This document shows, piece by piece, positions 8,748 through 19,578 of a DNA stretch of 64,000 nt. Source of the DNA: a virus (lineage: Duplodnaviria; Caudoviricetes); IMG/VR virus record IMGVR_UViG_3300008116_000002; one strand, given 5' to 3'. A program made the translations under genes and the position numbers. Position 1 is the first letter of the stretch; each line of letters opens with the position of its first letter. Under the pieces are notes generated by a model that did not search any database, was not told where the DNA came from, and worked only from the letters and a program-made list of their open reading frames with translations.

Positions 8748-10462
8748 TAAAATTTAAAACTATTCGATGGAAAAACTTTTTATCTACTGGTTCACAATTC
8801 ACCGAAGTTAAATTAGATAGATCTACCACAACTCTTGTTGTGGGTGAAAACGGCGCAGGTAAAAGTACTATCCTAGATGCTCTGTGCTTTGTTCTTTTTA
8901 ACAAACCTTTTAGAAATATCAATAAGCCTCAGTTGATGAACAGCATCAACGGGAAGAATCTTCAAGTTGAGCTAGAGTTTAGTATTGGTCCAAAAGAATA
9001 TAAGGTAGTTCGAGGCATAAAGCCAGGTATCTTTGAAATTTATTCGCAGGGCGAATTGTTGAACCAAGATGCTGCAGCTAAAGATTACCAAAAGTATCTA
9101 GAAGATGGTATTCTAAAATTAAATTATAAATCATTTACTCAAATTGTTATACTTGGCAGCGCATCCTTTACTCCCTTTATGCAGTTACCACTAGGACATC
9201 GAAGAGAAATTATTGAGGATATTTTAGACATACAAATATTCACGGTAATGAACAGTGTTCTAAAAAATAAAATTGCAGATAATAAAGCCAAGATTACAGA
9301 CATAGAAACTAAAATAGAAATAGGCAAGAACAAGGTAAAGTTACAGCAAAGCTACATAAAAACACTTGAAGAAGATAAACAAAAGAAGGTAGAAGATGTA
9401 CGAAAACGAATATCTGAATCGACTGCGGAGATTACAAAACTCAATGGTGACGTTGCAATCGAGAAAGAAAAAGAGACTGGCCTTCAATCCTCTGTACTCG
9501 ATGCGAAGGAGAAGCGCAATAAGAGATCTGAAATGGAAGTTATCCTTAGAAAACTTACCGAAAAAATTAAGAATCAGGAAAAGAATATTGGGTTTTACGA
9601 GCAACATGATGTTTGCCCGACATGTAATCAAGGACTTGACGAACAACATAAACAAGAAGCGATCTCTACGCACACGCACAAGATTGAAGAAGTACAACTT
9701 GCCGTTGAATCTCTCTCCAAAGAACTTGAAGATATTGAAACTAGACTTGATGAGATTGCTGCAATCGAAGAAGAAATATCTCAATGTAAAGAAAATATCA
9801 TCGAGTATAACTCAAAGATAATTAGCGAACAAAACTATATAAAAAGACTGCAAGAGGAAATACAGGAAGAAACAGGTAACGTATCTAATATAGAAGATGA
9901 AAGAGCTACTTTAAAAACATTGGCGAAGGAAGTAGTAGTTTTATCTGAAGATAAAGGTAAGTTAGTTCAGGAAAAACATTACTATGATATTGCGAATATT
10001 CTGTTAAAAGATACAGGAATTAAAACAAAAATTATTCGACAGTATTTGCCCGTTATTAATAAACTGGTAAATAAGTATTTGACCGCAATGGATTTCTTTG
10101 TTCATTTTGAACTTGATGAAACATTCAACGAAACCATAAAGTCAAGACACAGAGATGATTTTTCCTACGCCTCATTTAGTGAGGGCGAAAAGCAAAGAAT
10201 AGATTTGGCATTGCTGTTCACTTGGAGAACTATTGCTAAAATGAAAAATTGCGCTAGCACAAATCTTTTATTGCTTGATGAGGTTTTTGATTCTTCTTTA
10301 GATGCAAACGGAACAGACTATGTAATGAACCTGATAAATACTTTAGGAGACGAGACTAATGTATTCGTCATTAGTCACAAAGGAGATCTTTTATTTGATA
10401 AATTCAGAAGTGTTATCAAATTTGAGAAACAACAAAATTTTTCTAGAATACAAGGAAATTAA
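8744..10462 (+). CDS. gp46: T4 gp46-like recombination ATPase (Rad50/SbcC family)
   Basis: Walker A GENGAGKS, zinc hook CPTC, signature FSEGEK, Walker B LLLLDE, ISH. Confidence 0.96.
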   Translation: MIKFKTIRWKNFLSTGSQFTEVKLDRSTTTLVVGENGAGKSTILDALCFVLFNKPFRNINKPQLMNSINGKNLQVELEFSIGPKEYKVVRGIKPGIFEIYSQGELLNQDAAAKDYQKYLEDGILKLNYKSFTQIVILGSASFTPFMQLPLGHRREIIEDILDIQIFTVMNSVLKNKIADNKAKITDIETKIEIGKNKVKLQQSYIKTLEEDKQKKVEDVRKRISESTAEITKLNGDVAIEKEKETGLQSSVLDAKEKRNKRSEMEVILRKLTEKIKNQEKNIGFYEQHDVCPTCNQGLDEQHKQEAISTHTHKIEEVQLAVESLSKELEDIETRLDEIAAIEEEISQCKENIIEYNSKIISEQNYIKRLQEEIQEETGNVSNIEDERATLKTLAKEVVVLSEDKGKLVQEKHYYDIANILLKDTGIKTKIIRQYLPVINKLVNKYLTAMDFFVHFELDETFNETIKSRHRDDFSYASFSEGEKQRIDLALLFTWRTIAKMKNCASTNLLLLDEVFDSSLDANGTDYVMNLINTLGDETNVFVISHKGDLLFDKFRSVIKFEKQQNFSRIQGN

Positions 10463-10464
10463 TT

Positions 10465-11058
10465 ATGGCTGATACTTGGCAATTAGATGTACATACAGTA
10501 AACGCATATTGTTATTACAGTGGTGTGTTTGATAAGTTAATGGTTGATGATATAGTAAAAATGGGCGATGAGCTGTTACTAGGTGATGCACAGGTCGGCG
10601 GAGATTTTGCATCGGTTGGCGGCAAAAATGAAAAGATCAGAAAAACTACAATCGGCTGGGTACCTACTACTGAGCAAAATGCCTGGTTATATAGAATGTT
10701 AACCGATGCAGTTCAAAGAGCAAACAAAGAATGGTTTGGATTTGATCTTAATCATATTGAATCTTTACAATATTCTATCTACAATAAAGGTGACTTCTAT
10801 GATGCGCATGTAGACCATCACTATCAGGGCGTAGGACAGTATCCAAGAAAGTTAAGTTTTTCTATGCAGTTATCTGATCCTGAGGACTATAAAGGTGGCG
10901 ACGTTATGCTAATTACCTCACAGGACCCATTTCCTATTCCAAAAGAAAGAGGTACAATCACATTCTTCCCATCCTATACTTTGCATGAAGTTAAACCTGT
11001 TACAAAAGGAACTCGCAGAGCTTTAGTTGGTTGGGTACATGGGCCACGTTGGAAATGA
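10465..11058 (+). CDS. 2OG-Fe(II) oxygenase (PKHD/P4H-like)
   Basis: HVD...H facial triad (AHVDH, LHEVKPV) and RRALVGW. Confidence 0.88.
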   Translation: MADTWQLDVHTVNAYCYYSGVFDKLMVDDIVKMGDELLLGDAQVGGDFASVGGKNEKIRKTTIGWVPTTEQNAWLYRMLTDAVQRANKEWFGFDLNHIESLQYSIYNKGDFYDAHVDHHYQGVGQYPRKLSFSMQLSDPEDYKGGDVMLITSQDPFPIPKERGTITFFPSYTLHEVKPVTKGTRRALVGWVHGPRWK

Positions 11059-11198
11059 CACTAGTTATAAATTTTTTAGCTTTTTTGCTGTTATTGACTT
11101 ATTCCATAAGTCAGGGTGATCTTTTTGGAATGCTTCTGAGTTCAATTGGCTTTTTAATTATGCACGTTTTATTAGAGGATCTAAAAGATGCCGACTAA
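11055..11198 (+). CDS. Small membrane protein, 47 aa (below the ORF-track cutoff)
   Basis: MTLVINFLAFLLLLTYSISQGDLFGMLLSSIGFLIMHVLLEDLKDAD; ATGA overlap with the upstream stop. Confidence 0.55.
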   Translation: MTLVINFLAFLLLLTYSISQGDLFGMLLSSIGFLIMHVLLEDLKDAD

Positions 11199-11463
11199 AA
11201 TTCCTTTAGAGTATTTGGACTTAAATAATGATTTTGGCTTTACTGCGGTAAATGAAAATGAAGTGACCGAACCAATTCTAACAGAAGTCAAAACTTCTGT
11301 TGATTCGGAAACAAAACAAAAATTACAAACTCTTGAAAAATTAATTTTACCGCTTTTGGTAAACTTAATGAAGAATCCGGAAAAGGAATATATCCATTGG
11401 CCTAACAGGGTTCCGCTGATAGAGAAACAAATTGAAAAGATTTTGGCTATAACTAGGGCTTGA
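11188..11463 (+). CDS. Conserved T4-like phage hypothetical protein
   Basis: Intact ORF; NDFGFTAV and LMKNPEKEYIHWPNR. Confidence 0.6.
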   Translation: MPTKIPLEYLDLNNDFGFTAVNENEVTEPILTEVKTSVDSETKQKLQTLEKLILPLLVNLMKNPEKEYIHWPNRVPLIEKQIEKILAITRA

Positions 11464-11488
11464 CTTCTAACCTGTTAGGTGTTATAAT
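11460..11488 (+). promoter_or_regulatory. Sigma70-type early promoter
   Basis: TTGACT-17 nt-TATAAT with TG extension. Confidence 0.75.
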
Positions 11489-11513
11489 ATAAAAAACCTG
11501 ACAGGAGACCTAG

Positions 11514-13694
11514 ATGCAAGATTCCAAATCACTACTAGCAAAACTTCTAGCAACCGAAAATATTACTGTAGAACATAAAAAGGTTTCTACAGCATACTTC
11601 GATACCAAAAATAGAGTCATGGTTCTTCCCATGTGGAAGTTTATGTCTTCTAGTCTTTATGATTTACTTCTAGGTCACGAAGTAGGTCACGCTTTGAATA
11701 CTCCCCCTGATGGCTGGCACGATCAAGTTACGGATAAAATGAAGAAAGGTTTTAAGACTTTTCTAAATGTTATTGAGGATGTCCGTATTGAAAAGCTTAT
11801 TCAAAATAAATTCCCTGGTCTAAAGACTTCTTTCCGAAAGGGTTATTCCGAATTGGTGGCTATGGACTTCTTTGGAATATCCAAAATGGCAGTCGACATA
11901 GATGAGCTTCCTTTGATTGATCGTATTAATTTGCATTACAAAGTTGGATCATATCTGAATGTTCATTTTGAAGACTCGGAAAAATACTATATTGATCGTC
12001 TTGACAAACTGAAAACTTGGGAAGAAGTTGTTCAAATTGCAACTGAATTGTATGAATATTCCAAAGACGAATCTAAGATGCGCGATCTCTGTGAGTTAGA
12101 AGACTTCGACGATGAAAACGAAGACGACGATATGGATGACGCTGAATGGGAAGAATCGGATGACCAAGGTAGTAACAAAACCAAAAATGGGCGTCAGTCT
12201 GGAACAGGTGAAGAATTTGATCCGGAGTCTTTAACCGACAAATATTTTAGGGCAAGAGAAAAAGAACTTTTGGATGATAAGGTTAAACCGTATGTCTATG
12301 CAAACTGCCCTAAACCCGATCTAGATAAAATTATTATTCCGCATAAGAAAATTGCTGAGAACTATGATAACTTTACTTACAGAAGTCCTGTGTATGATAG
12401 TGATATCTGCAAGTTAATGGCGCCGAACATAATTGAATCAACTAAGGAAAAATTGTATCAGAAGTTTTTGAATACTAATAAAAAATATATTTCGTATTTG
12501 GTTAAAGAATTTGAATTGCGAAAAAATGCAAATCAATTTGCCAGAGCAGCAATTTCGAAAACAGGTAAATTAGATATGAAAAAGGTTCATCAATATAAAC
12601 TAAACGATGATCTTTTCAAACGTATGACGACTGTACCAAAAGGCAAGTCGCATGGATTACTTATGTTCGTAGATTATTCGGGTTCTATGTCTGAGAACAT
12701 TGGACCAACTATTGAGCAAAGTATTGTGCTGGCAATATTCTGCCGAAAGGTTAATATCCCTTTTAGAGTGTATGCTTTTACAGATTCTACAGCCGGCGAT
12801 TTTTATAAAGAACTCGGCATATCTAGAGACGTTCACGGAAGGTTCCCCGATTCTGAAAGAAAATTTTCTAGAAACAGAGATGATATTCATTTAGATGATA
12901 TGTTTTTTAGACTTCGAGAATATCTATCTAGCGATATGTCTGGTCGAGAATTTAAGAATGCTATTCGTTATTGGCTTCTTGCGGGAGCTGCTTTTGGTAA
13001 TCGAAACTGGAGCAGAAACATGCATACTGATCTTGATAAGGAAGATCAAACTAGATACATCTTTAATAACGATTTTGAAAATTTGAATGGTACTCCTTTG
13101 AATGAAGCAATTGTTTCTGCGATTGAGATAGCAAAACAGTTTAAAACCAGTTATAAACTAGACGTTGTCAACACTGTATTTTTGACAGATGGCGACTCCA
13201 ATGATACAGGAATGAAATATGACAGCGACGAGCGCACTTCTTATCTCGATAAGTATAACGGCGATTATACTCTCATTGTTCGGGATCCTGAAACTAAGCT
13301 TGAAGGCAAGAAAGCTCCTAGGGCAGAAACGACAGTAGCATTGCTTGACTTACTTAAGAAAGTGGCGGGTGTAAATGTTATTGGTTTTCATATTGCAAAT
13401 TATTTTAACCAAGGCGTGGTTTTGGATCGATTGAGAAAGTTTGGTAAATATGATACGGACTTTCATAAAAAGTATAAAGAGGCTCGCCGTAATAAGGTTT
13501 ACATAATCAACGATGCGGGGTTTGATGACTATTACATTATTCCTGGAGGAAAGAATCTACAGATCAAAGATGATGAAATGGATGTTGATGCCAATGCAAA
13601 GAAATCAGAACTTAAAAATGCTTTCTTGAAAATGCAAAGAGGCAAGTCAATAAATCGAGTTCTTTTGAGTAGATTTGCTGAAAAAATTGCTTGA
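11514..13694 (+). CDS. Zn-metallopeptidase plus VWA domain protein (CobT-like partner)
   Basis: HEVGH (HEXXH) with NVIEDVRIE; acidic linker; MIDAS DYSGS, GTPL, LTDG. Confidence 0.8.
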   Translation: MQDSKSLLAKLLATENITVEHKKVSTAYFDTKNRVMVLPMWKFMSSSLYDLLLGHEVGHALNTPPDGWHDQVTDKMKKGFKTFLNVIEDVRIEKLIQNKFPGLKTSFRKGYSELVAMDFFGISKMAVDIDELPLIDRINLHYKVGSYLNVHFEDSEKYYIDRLDKLKTWEEVVQIATELYEYSKDESKMRDLCELEDFDDENEDDDMDDAEWEESDDQGSNKTKNGRQSGTGEEFDPESLTDKYFRAREKELLDDKVKPYVYANCPKPDLDKIIIPHKKIAENYDNFTYRSPVYDSDICKLMAPNIIESTKEKLYQKFLNTNKKYISYLVKEFELRKNANQFARAAISKTGKLDMKKVHQYKLNDDLFKRMTTVPKGKSHGLLMFVDYSGSMSENIGPTIEQSIVLAIFCRKVNIPFRVYAFTDSTAGDFYKELGISRDVHGRFPDSERKFSRNRDDIHLDDMFFRLREYLSSDMSGREFKNAIRYWLLAGAAFGNRNWSRNMHTDLDKEDQTRYIFNNDFENLNGTPLNEAIVSAIEIAKQFKTSYKLDVVNTVFLTDGDSNDTGMKYDSDERTSYLDKYNGDYTLIVRDPETKLEGKKAPRAETTVALLDLLKKVAGVNVIGFHIANYFNQGVVLDRLRKFGKYDTDFHKKYKEARRNKVYIINDAGFDDYYIIPGGKNLQIKDDEMDVDANAKKSELKNAFLKMQRGKSINRVLLSRFAEKIA

Positions 13695-13719
13695 TTGTTT
13701 TTTGAAAAGGTGTTATAAT
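13691..13719 (+). promoter_or_regulatory. Sigma70-type early promoter
   Basis: TTGATT-17 nt-TATAAT with TG extension. Confidence 0.65.
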
Positions 13720-13752
13720 TAGATGTAGTCATTACTTGAGGAAGATTATATT

Positions 13753-14916
13753 ATGTCCAAGACGCATTATACTGAGCAACAACGTCAAGAATTGGTTAGC
13801 AAACTAATTGCTACTCATGGTAAAATTCTTGATAAAAAAGACATTCTAAATTTTTGTGAAAATAATAACCTGCCGAATCCGCATTTTTTGATTAGTCGTC
13901 GAGACATTAAGGTGGGGCGTTCATATGATTTGGGAAGATTTGATTCTTTTATTCCTGAAACTGCAGCTGCGTTGACAGCGCAAGTAGTTCCTCTGAAGCA
14001 ACCTAAAATGCATATGGTAGAAGATAGCACAGTTCCGGTCAAAGATTCTACTTATGTTCCTTTTGGTTTCTTTAAGCAACTCGAGCAAATTATCAGCTCA
14101 AAGACTTTCTATCCTGTTTTTATTACTGGTCTATCAGGCAACGGCAAGACTACTATGGTAGAACAGGTTGCTGCTAAGCTTAAACGAGAATGTATTCGAG
14201 TAAATATTAGTATTGAAACAGATGAAGACGATCTAATCGGCGGCAATACTCTGCAGGATGGTAATGTAATCTATCGTGAAGGCCCCGTTATTATGGCAAT
14301 GCGTCGGGGTGCAGTTTTGCTTATTGATGAAATTGATCGTGGTTCCAATAAGCTAATGTGTATGCAAAGTATTCTTGAGGGTAAGCCTTTGTTCAATAAA
14401 AAGACAGGCGAAGTAATTTATCCTGCTCCCGGATTTACTGTTATTGCAACTGCGAACACCAAAGGTCGGGGCACAGAAGATGGTCGATTTATTGCAGCAC
14501 AGATTCTAGATGAGGCTTTTCTAGAAAGATTCCCTATCACTGTTGAACAAGAGTATCCTTCGACTACTGTTGAGAAAAAAATTCTTCGTAACAAGATGAA
14601 TTTTTATGGTAAGCTAGATGAAGAGTTTCTTGAGATGTTAGTCAATTGGGCGGATATTATTCGTAAGACTTTCCAAGAAGGTGGTGTGGATGAGATTATT
14701 AGTACTCGTCGATTGGTAAATATTGCACAGGCGTATTCGATTTTTAATAATCGAGAAGATGCAATTAAGTATTGTATTAATCGATTTGACGATGATACCA
14801 AAACAGCATTTATGGATTTGTATGAAAAGATGTCCACTCCTGTAGAAGCAACCAGTGCTTTGCCGGAACAGGACGTAGCACAAGTAACAAATTTTGATGA
14901 TGATATTCCATTTTAA
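13753..14916 (+). CDS. MoxR/CobS-like AAA+ ATPase
   Basis: Walker A GLSGNGKT, Walker B LLIDEID, TANT, AFLERF. Confidence 0.9.
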   Translation: MSKTHYTEQQRQELVSKLIATHGKILDKKDILNFCENNNLPNPHFLISRRDIKVGRSYDLGRFDSFIPETAAALTAQVVPLKQPKMHMVEDSTVPVKDSTYVPFGFFKQLEQIISSKTFYPVFITGLSGNGKTTMVEQVAAKLKRECIRVNISIETDEDDLIGGNTLQDGNVIYREGPVIMAMRRGAVLLIDEIDRGSNKLMCMQSILEGKPLFNKKTGEVIYPAPGFTVIATANTKGRGTEDGRFIAAQILDEAFLERFPITVEQEYPSTTVEKKILRNKMNFYGKLDEEFLEMLVNWADIIRKTFQEGGVDEIISTRRLVNIAQAYSIFNNREDAIKYCINRFDDDTKTAFMDLYEKMSTPVEATSALPEQDVAQVTNFDDDIPF

Positions 14917-14931
14917 ATTTAATTAAAAATA

Positions 14932-14955
14932 AACGGCGCACTTCAGTGCGCTGTT
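14932..14955 (+). terminator. Hairpin, likely terminator or processing site
   Basis: AACGGCGCAC-TTCA-GTGCGCTGTT. Confidence 0.5.
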
Positions 14956-14964
14956 CCTACGTAT

Positions 14965-15795
14965 ATGCACACTGATGAAATTACATATGACGCCTTTATT
15001 CGAAGATGGTTCGGTAGGCTAGGTAACAATATACAGCAATTATCTAATGGCATTTACTTTTGTAAAAAAGAAAATGCTCACTTCACTTCCCCAGAACATC
15101 CTATGATCAATGCGATTGATCTATGTTTTGGTACAACAAAATATACTATTCCGGAAACTTCTCATAATTGGTTATTTTTCTTTAACGGACCAGAAGCAGA
15201 TTTTGTTTTTGATGTGGATGATTTAAATAAAAACAGAAAGAAAATTTGCGAGGATTTTATACTACCAAACTTAAAGGTAGATCAAACTAAAATAAAAGAA
15301 CCTTTACCTGACGATCACTTAATTATACACTTAAGAAGCGGTGATCTTTTTACTCATTGGCCAAGTACTCACCCTCAAAATCCTTTGGTTTATTACATGA
15401 GTTTACTTAACTTATTTGAATTCAATGCTACTGTCGTTTCCGAGGATGAGAGGCATCCTTTTATAGAAGTGTTCAAAAAATTAAGAGTGCCTGTAGAAGT
15501 ATTATCTGTGGAGGATACATATGCTAAGTTGTTGAGAGCTGTAAGTTTAGCTACCTCAGGTATAGGTAGTTTTCCTGTATCCGCTGCCCTTTGTTCTAAA
15601 AATATAAAAAGATTTTATTGTACAAATTTACATCAAGAATATAGTTTAAATCATTTTATGTTAAAAGAACATCTTGAAGTTTATGTAATGGATCTAGGTG
15701 ATAAATATATAAAAGTAGGTGAATGGAAATACTCCCCTGAAACCTTTGAGAAGTTTTATAATTATAACGAACATACATTATTTAGGAGACTATAA
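14965..15795 (+). CDS. GT11-like (alpha-1,2-fucosyl/colitosyl) transferase
   Basis: GRLGN and HLRSGD motifs typical of GT11. Confidence 0.55.
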   Translation: MHTDEITYDAFIRRWFGRLGNNIQQLSNGIYFCKKENAHFTSPEHPMINAIDLCFGTTKYTIPETSHNWLFFFNGPEADFVFDVDDLNKNRKKICEDFILPNLKVDQTKIKEPLPDDHLIIHLRSGDLFTHWPSTHPQNPLVYYMSLLNLFEFNATVVSEDERHPFIEVFKKLRVPVEVLSVEDTYAKLLRAVSLATSGIGSFPVSAALCSKNIKRFYCTNLHQEYSLNHFMLKEHLEVYVMDLGDKYIKVGEWKYSPETFEKFYNYNEHTLFRRL

Positions 15796-15796
15796 T

Positions 15797-16810
15797 ATGG
15801 ACAAAAGAGTTGCCTTAATTACAGGCATTACCGGGCAAGACGGTTCTTATCTTGCAGAACTTCTTTTGGAAAAAGGTTATGAGGTACATGGCGTTATTCG
15901 TCGTAGTTCCTCAATCAATACTTCCCGCATAGATCATATCTATAGTAATTCAAATCTACATTTACACTATGGCGATGTAACTGATTCATTGTCCATAATG
16001 AATATTCTCAAAAAATATAATCCAACTGAAATTTATAATTTGGCAGCACAAAGTCATGTTAAGGTTTCTTTTGAAACTCCTGAATATACAGCAATGGTAG
16101 ATGGTCTTGGAACTTTAAAAATTCTTGAAGCTGTTAGAATTTTAAATATGGAAAAGACAACTAAAATTTACCAAGCATCGACTTCAGAATTATATGGTTT
16201 GGTGCAAGAAATTCCTCAGAAAGAAACTACTCCTTTTTATCCTAGATCTCCATATGGTGTAGCAAAGTTATATGCATATTGGATCGTAAAGAACTATCGT
16301 GAATCGTATAATATGTTTGCTTGTTCTGGTATTCTTTTCAACCATGAATCACCAAGACGAGGTTTTAATTTTGTAACTAAAAAGGTAGTTGATGGATTGG
16401 CGAATATCGGAGCAGGATTTCAAGATTGTTTGTACATGGGAAATCTAAATGCGAAAAGAGATTGGGGACATGCAAAAGACTATGTCAAGGCTATGTGGCT
16501 TATTCTACAACAGGACACTCCTGAAGATTTTGTCATAGCTACCGGCGAACAATATTCGGTTAAAGAATTTATTGAAAGATGTGCTCCCTATTATGGTATG
16601 AAGATCCGCTGGGAAGGCGAAGGACTTGACGAAGTCGGCATTAATGATTATACCGGCAAAGTAATTATTCGTGTTGACCCTAAGTATTTTAGACCGGCAG
16701 AAGTGGAAACTCTTCTCGGAGATGCCACAAAGGCAAAGAGTGTTCTAGGATGGACACCTGAATATTCTTTTGACGATCTAGTCAAAGAAATGTGTACACA
16801 ATTTAATTGA
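15797..16810 (+). CDS. gmd: GDP-mannose 4,6-dehydratase
   Basis: [36 protein letters not shown]; start at ATG 15797 after AGGAG. Confidence 0.97.
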   Translation: MDKRVALITGITGQDGSYLAELLLEKGYEVHGVIRRSSSINTSRIDHIYSNSNLHLHYGDVTDSLSIMNILKKYNPTEIYNLAAQSHVKVSFETPEYTAMVDGLGTLKILEAVRILNMEKTTKIYQASTSELYGLVQEIPQKETTPFYPRSPYGVAKLYAYWIVKNYRESYNMFACSGILFNHESPRRGFNFVTKKVVDGLANIGAGFQDCLYMGNLNAKRDWGHAKDYVKAMWLILQQDTPEDFVIATGEQYSVKEFIERCAPYYGMKIRWEGEGLDEVGINDYTGKVIIRVDPKYFRPAEVETLLGDATKAKSVLGWTPEYSFDDLVKEMCTQFN

Positions 16811-16817
16811 GGACAAT

Positions 16818-17444
16818 ATGTATCCTGAGTCATATCAAGAGGTAAATAGAAAAGTAACTGAAAGATACTTAAACTACAATAATGGTTTTTTTATTGAGGT
16901 TGGCGGTGCAGATGGCGTTACTCAAAGTAATACCCTACACCTAGAAAGGTATAAAAATTGGACGGGGGTTTTAGTTGAGCCAAATATTGAGGCGGCAAAA
17001 AAATGCCAAATGAACAGACCCAACTCTAAAGTCTTTAATTATGCTTTAGTTGCAGATGATTATCAAGACGAAGAATTAACCATGTTACATCGAGCTTGGT
17101 ATAATGGCGATCCTGGTCTAACTTCCTCCGCCCATAATTCTAGTATAAACGATATACCTGAATGGAATGGCTTTAATTACAAGTTTAATATACCTGCAAC
17201 AACTTTAACTAATGTGTTAGAAAACTTGAACATGGAAAATCAAACAATAGATTTTCTATCATTGGATGCGGAAGGATATGAATTAGAAATCTTAAAAGGG
17301 TTAGATATGAAAAGATTCTGTCCAAAAATTATTTTAATAGAATGGCATCTTGATCTGCAGGATGTTTTTAACGTGTTAGATTCTACACATAAACTGGAAG
17401 AACAGTTATCTAAACATGATTATGTTTTTATTCTAAAGGATTAA
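16818..17444 (+). CDS. FkbM-family methyltransferase
   Basis: IEVGGADG, LVEPN, LSLDAEGYE. Confidence 0.85.
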   Translation: MYPESYQEVNRKVTERYLNYNNGFFIEVGGADGVTQSNTLHLERYKNWTGVLVEPNIEAAKKCQMNRPNSKVFNYALVADDYQDEELTMLHRAWYNGDPGLTSSAHNSSINDIPEWNGFNYKFNIPATTLTNVLENLNMENQTIDFLSLDAEGYELEILKGLDMKRFCPKIILIEWHLDLQDVFNVLDSTHKLEEQLSKHDYVFILKD

Positions 17445-17446
17445 CT

Positions 17447-18412
17447 ATGGAAATGTATAAAAGTAGTAAAATATTTGTTGCGGGGCATAATGGATTGGTT
17501 GGTTCCGCAATTGTAAGAAAGTTACAAAACGAAGGATATACTAACTTAGTATTGAGGACTAAGGCTGAACTTGATCTTAGAAATCAAGATGCAGTTAAAG
17601 ACTTTTTTAAAATAGAAAAGCCTGAATTTGTATTTCTTGCTGCAGCAAAAGTCGGAGGTATTAATTATAACGCAGAATACCCTGCCGATTTTATCTATGA
17701 CAATTTGATGATACAAACAAATGTTATAGACACTGCATATAGAAACGGTGTAAAAAAATTATTGTTTCTGGGATCGGCTTGTATATACCCGAAAGTTACT
17801 CCTCAGCCAATTAAAGAAGAATATCTATTGACTGCTCCGTTGGAGCCGACAAATGAAGGATATGCTTTGGCAAAAATTACTGGTTTGAGAATGTGCGAAT
17901 ATTATAGAAAACAGTATGGGTTTAATGCAATTAGTTTAATGCCAGCAAATCTATATGGCACTAACGACAATTTTGATCCTGAAAAATGTCACGTTATTCC
18001 TGGGATGATTACTAAATTTAATGCAGCTAAAAAGAATAATACTGATGTAACATTCTGGGGTGACGGTACACCTACTAGAGAATTTTTGTTCGTAGATGAT
18101 TTAGCAGATGCTTGCTTATTTTTAATGCATAATTATAATGAAAGCGAATTTATTAATGTAGGTTCTGATGTAGAAATTGAGATTAAGGAACTATGTGAAA
18201 TTATAAGAAAAGAAATTGGGTTCGAAGGAAACATCATTTGGGATGAATCTAAACCAAACGGAACTCCTAGAAGAAAAATGGACAATACTAGATTGTTTAA
18301 TATGGGATGGAGACCGAAGATAGATTTTAATACCGGACTGGCACAAACAATTAATTGGTTTCTTACAGAAAAAGATCGTATAAAAACTCTTATGTCTAGG
18401 ATCCCAGGATGA
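17447..18412 (+). CDS. fcl: GDP-L-fucose/colitose synthase (Fcl/ColC family)
   Basis: AGHNGLVGS, AAAKVGGI, LGSACIYP, YALAK, PANLYG. Confidence 0.93.
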   Translation: MEMYKSSKIFVAGHNGLVGSAIVRKLQNEGYTNLVLRTKAELDLRNQDAVKDFFKIEKPEFVFLAAAKVGGINYNAEYPADFIYDNLMIQTNVIDTAYRNGVKKLLFLGSACIYPKVTPQPIKEEYLLTAPLEPTNEGYALAKITGLRMCEYYRKQYGFNAISLMPANLYGTNDNFDPEKCHVIPGMITKFNAAKKNNTDVTFWGDGTPTREFLFVDDLADACLFLMHNYNESEFINVGSDVEIEIKELCEIIRKEIGFEGNIIWDESKPNGTPRRKMDNTRLFNMGWRPKIDFNTGLAQTINWFLTEKDRIKTLMSRIPG

Positions 18413-19578
18413 AATGGCCTTTAATGGGTGAGACTATCACTTTGGGTGATAGATTAAAAATGGCACACTTTGCTTTGACCGCTCCTAAGTTTACCAACGG
18501 AGAAAAAGTAAAGAAGTTTGAAAAAGAATGGAACGAGTGGTTGGGATCTAAACATTCTTTGTATGTGTCTTCCGGAAGCACTGCAAACTTTTTATTGGTT
18601 GCTGCAGTAAAAGAATTATACGGTCTTAAGAATGGGGACAAAGTTCTTTTACCTGCATGCACATGGATGACAAATGTTGCACCTATCATGCAACTAGGCC
18701 TTGAACCAGTATTTTGCGATATTAATCTAGATAATTTTAGTTTCGATGTTGTGGACGTGGTAAAGCTATCGAAGAAGCATGATATTAAGATGATCTTCGT
18801 AACTCATCTGTTAGGTTTTTCTGCAAATAATGAAGCTTTAAGAACAATTTTTCCGAGAGCTATTATTATAGATGACATATGCGAATCACATGGATGTAAA
18901 GATGTATATGGTAAAAAGCATGGTTCGAATAGTTTAGGTGCAACATTTAGTTTCTATTTTGGTCACCATATGTCTACAATTGAAGGTGGAATGATTTCTA
19001 CTAACAATACTGATCTATATGATCTAATGAAACTAAAGAGAAGTCATGGTATGGCTAGAGAATCTCTTCGTTTCGACGAATATGCGAAAGCGTATCCAAA
19101 TATAGATAAGCAGTTTTTGTTCGTCACTGATGGATATAACTTTAGAAATCATGAAATATGTGCAGTGCTTGGTTCTTCCCAGCTAAAGCGGTTGGACAAA
19201 ATGATTAGTATTCGTAATAGAAATCACACTTTATTCACTAAAATTATTGACAAATATTCTAATCTCTTTTATAATATTAAAGATCATCCTAGCAATAGTA
19301 GTTTTTGTTTGCCCTTCATATGTAGGTCAAATGAGATTATGCTTGCAATGAAAGAGAAGTTTATTAAGTATGGTATTGAATATAGACCAGTTGTTTCAGG
19401 TAATCTTTTAGAGCAACCGTTCTTGGCTAATTATGTAATCGATACTGATAAACAAAGAACAAATGCAGACATTGTACATACGCAAGGTGTTTATGTAGGC
19501 AATAACCACTTTGTTACCGAAGAAGATATGAAATTTTTAGAAAAGGTCGTAGGAGAGATAAATGAATCGTTTAGGTGA
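18409..19578 (+). CDS. colD: PLP-dependent sugar 3-dehydratase (ColD-like, DegT fold with His in place of Lys)
   Basis: VSSGSTAN and FSFYFGHHMSTIEGG; His occupies the catalytic Lys position of aminotransferases. Confidence 0.72.
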   Translation: MKWPLMGETITLGDRLKMAHFALTAPKFTNGEKVKKFEKEWNEWLGSKHSLYVSSGSTANFLLVAAVKELYGLKNGDKVLLPACTWMTNVAPIMQLGLEPVFCDINLDNFSFDVVDVVKLSKKHDIKMIFVTHLLGFSANNEALRTIFPRAIIIDDICESHGCKDVYGKKHGSNSLGATFSFYFGHHMSTIEGGMISTNNTDLYDLMKLKRSHGMARESLRFDEYAKAYPNIDKQFLFVTDGYNFRNHEICAVLGSSQLKRLDKMISIRNRNHTLFTKIIDKYSNLFYNIKDHPSNSSFCLPFICRSNEIMLAMKEKFIKYGIEYRPVVSGNLLEQPFLANYVIDTDKQRTNADIVHTQGVYVGNNHFVTEEDMKFLEKVVGEINESFR

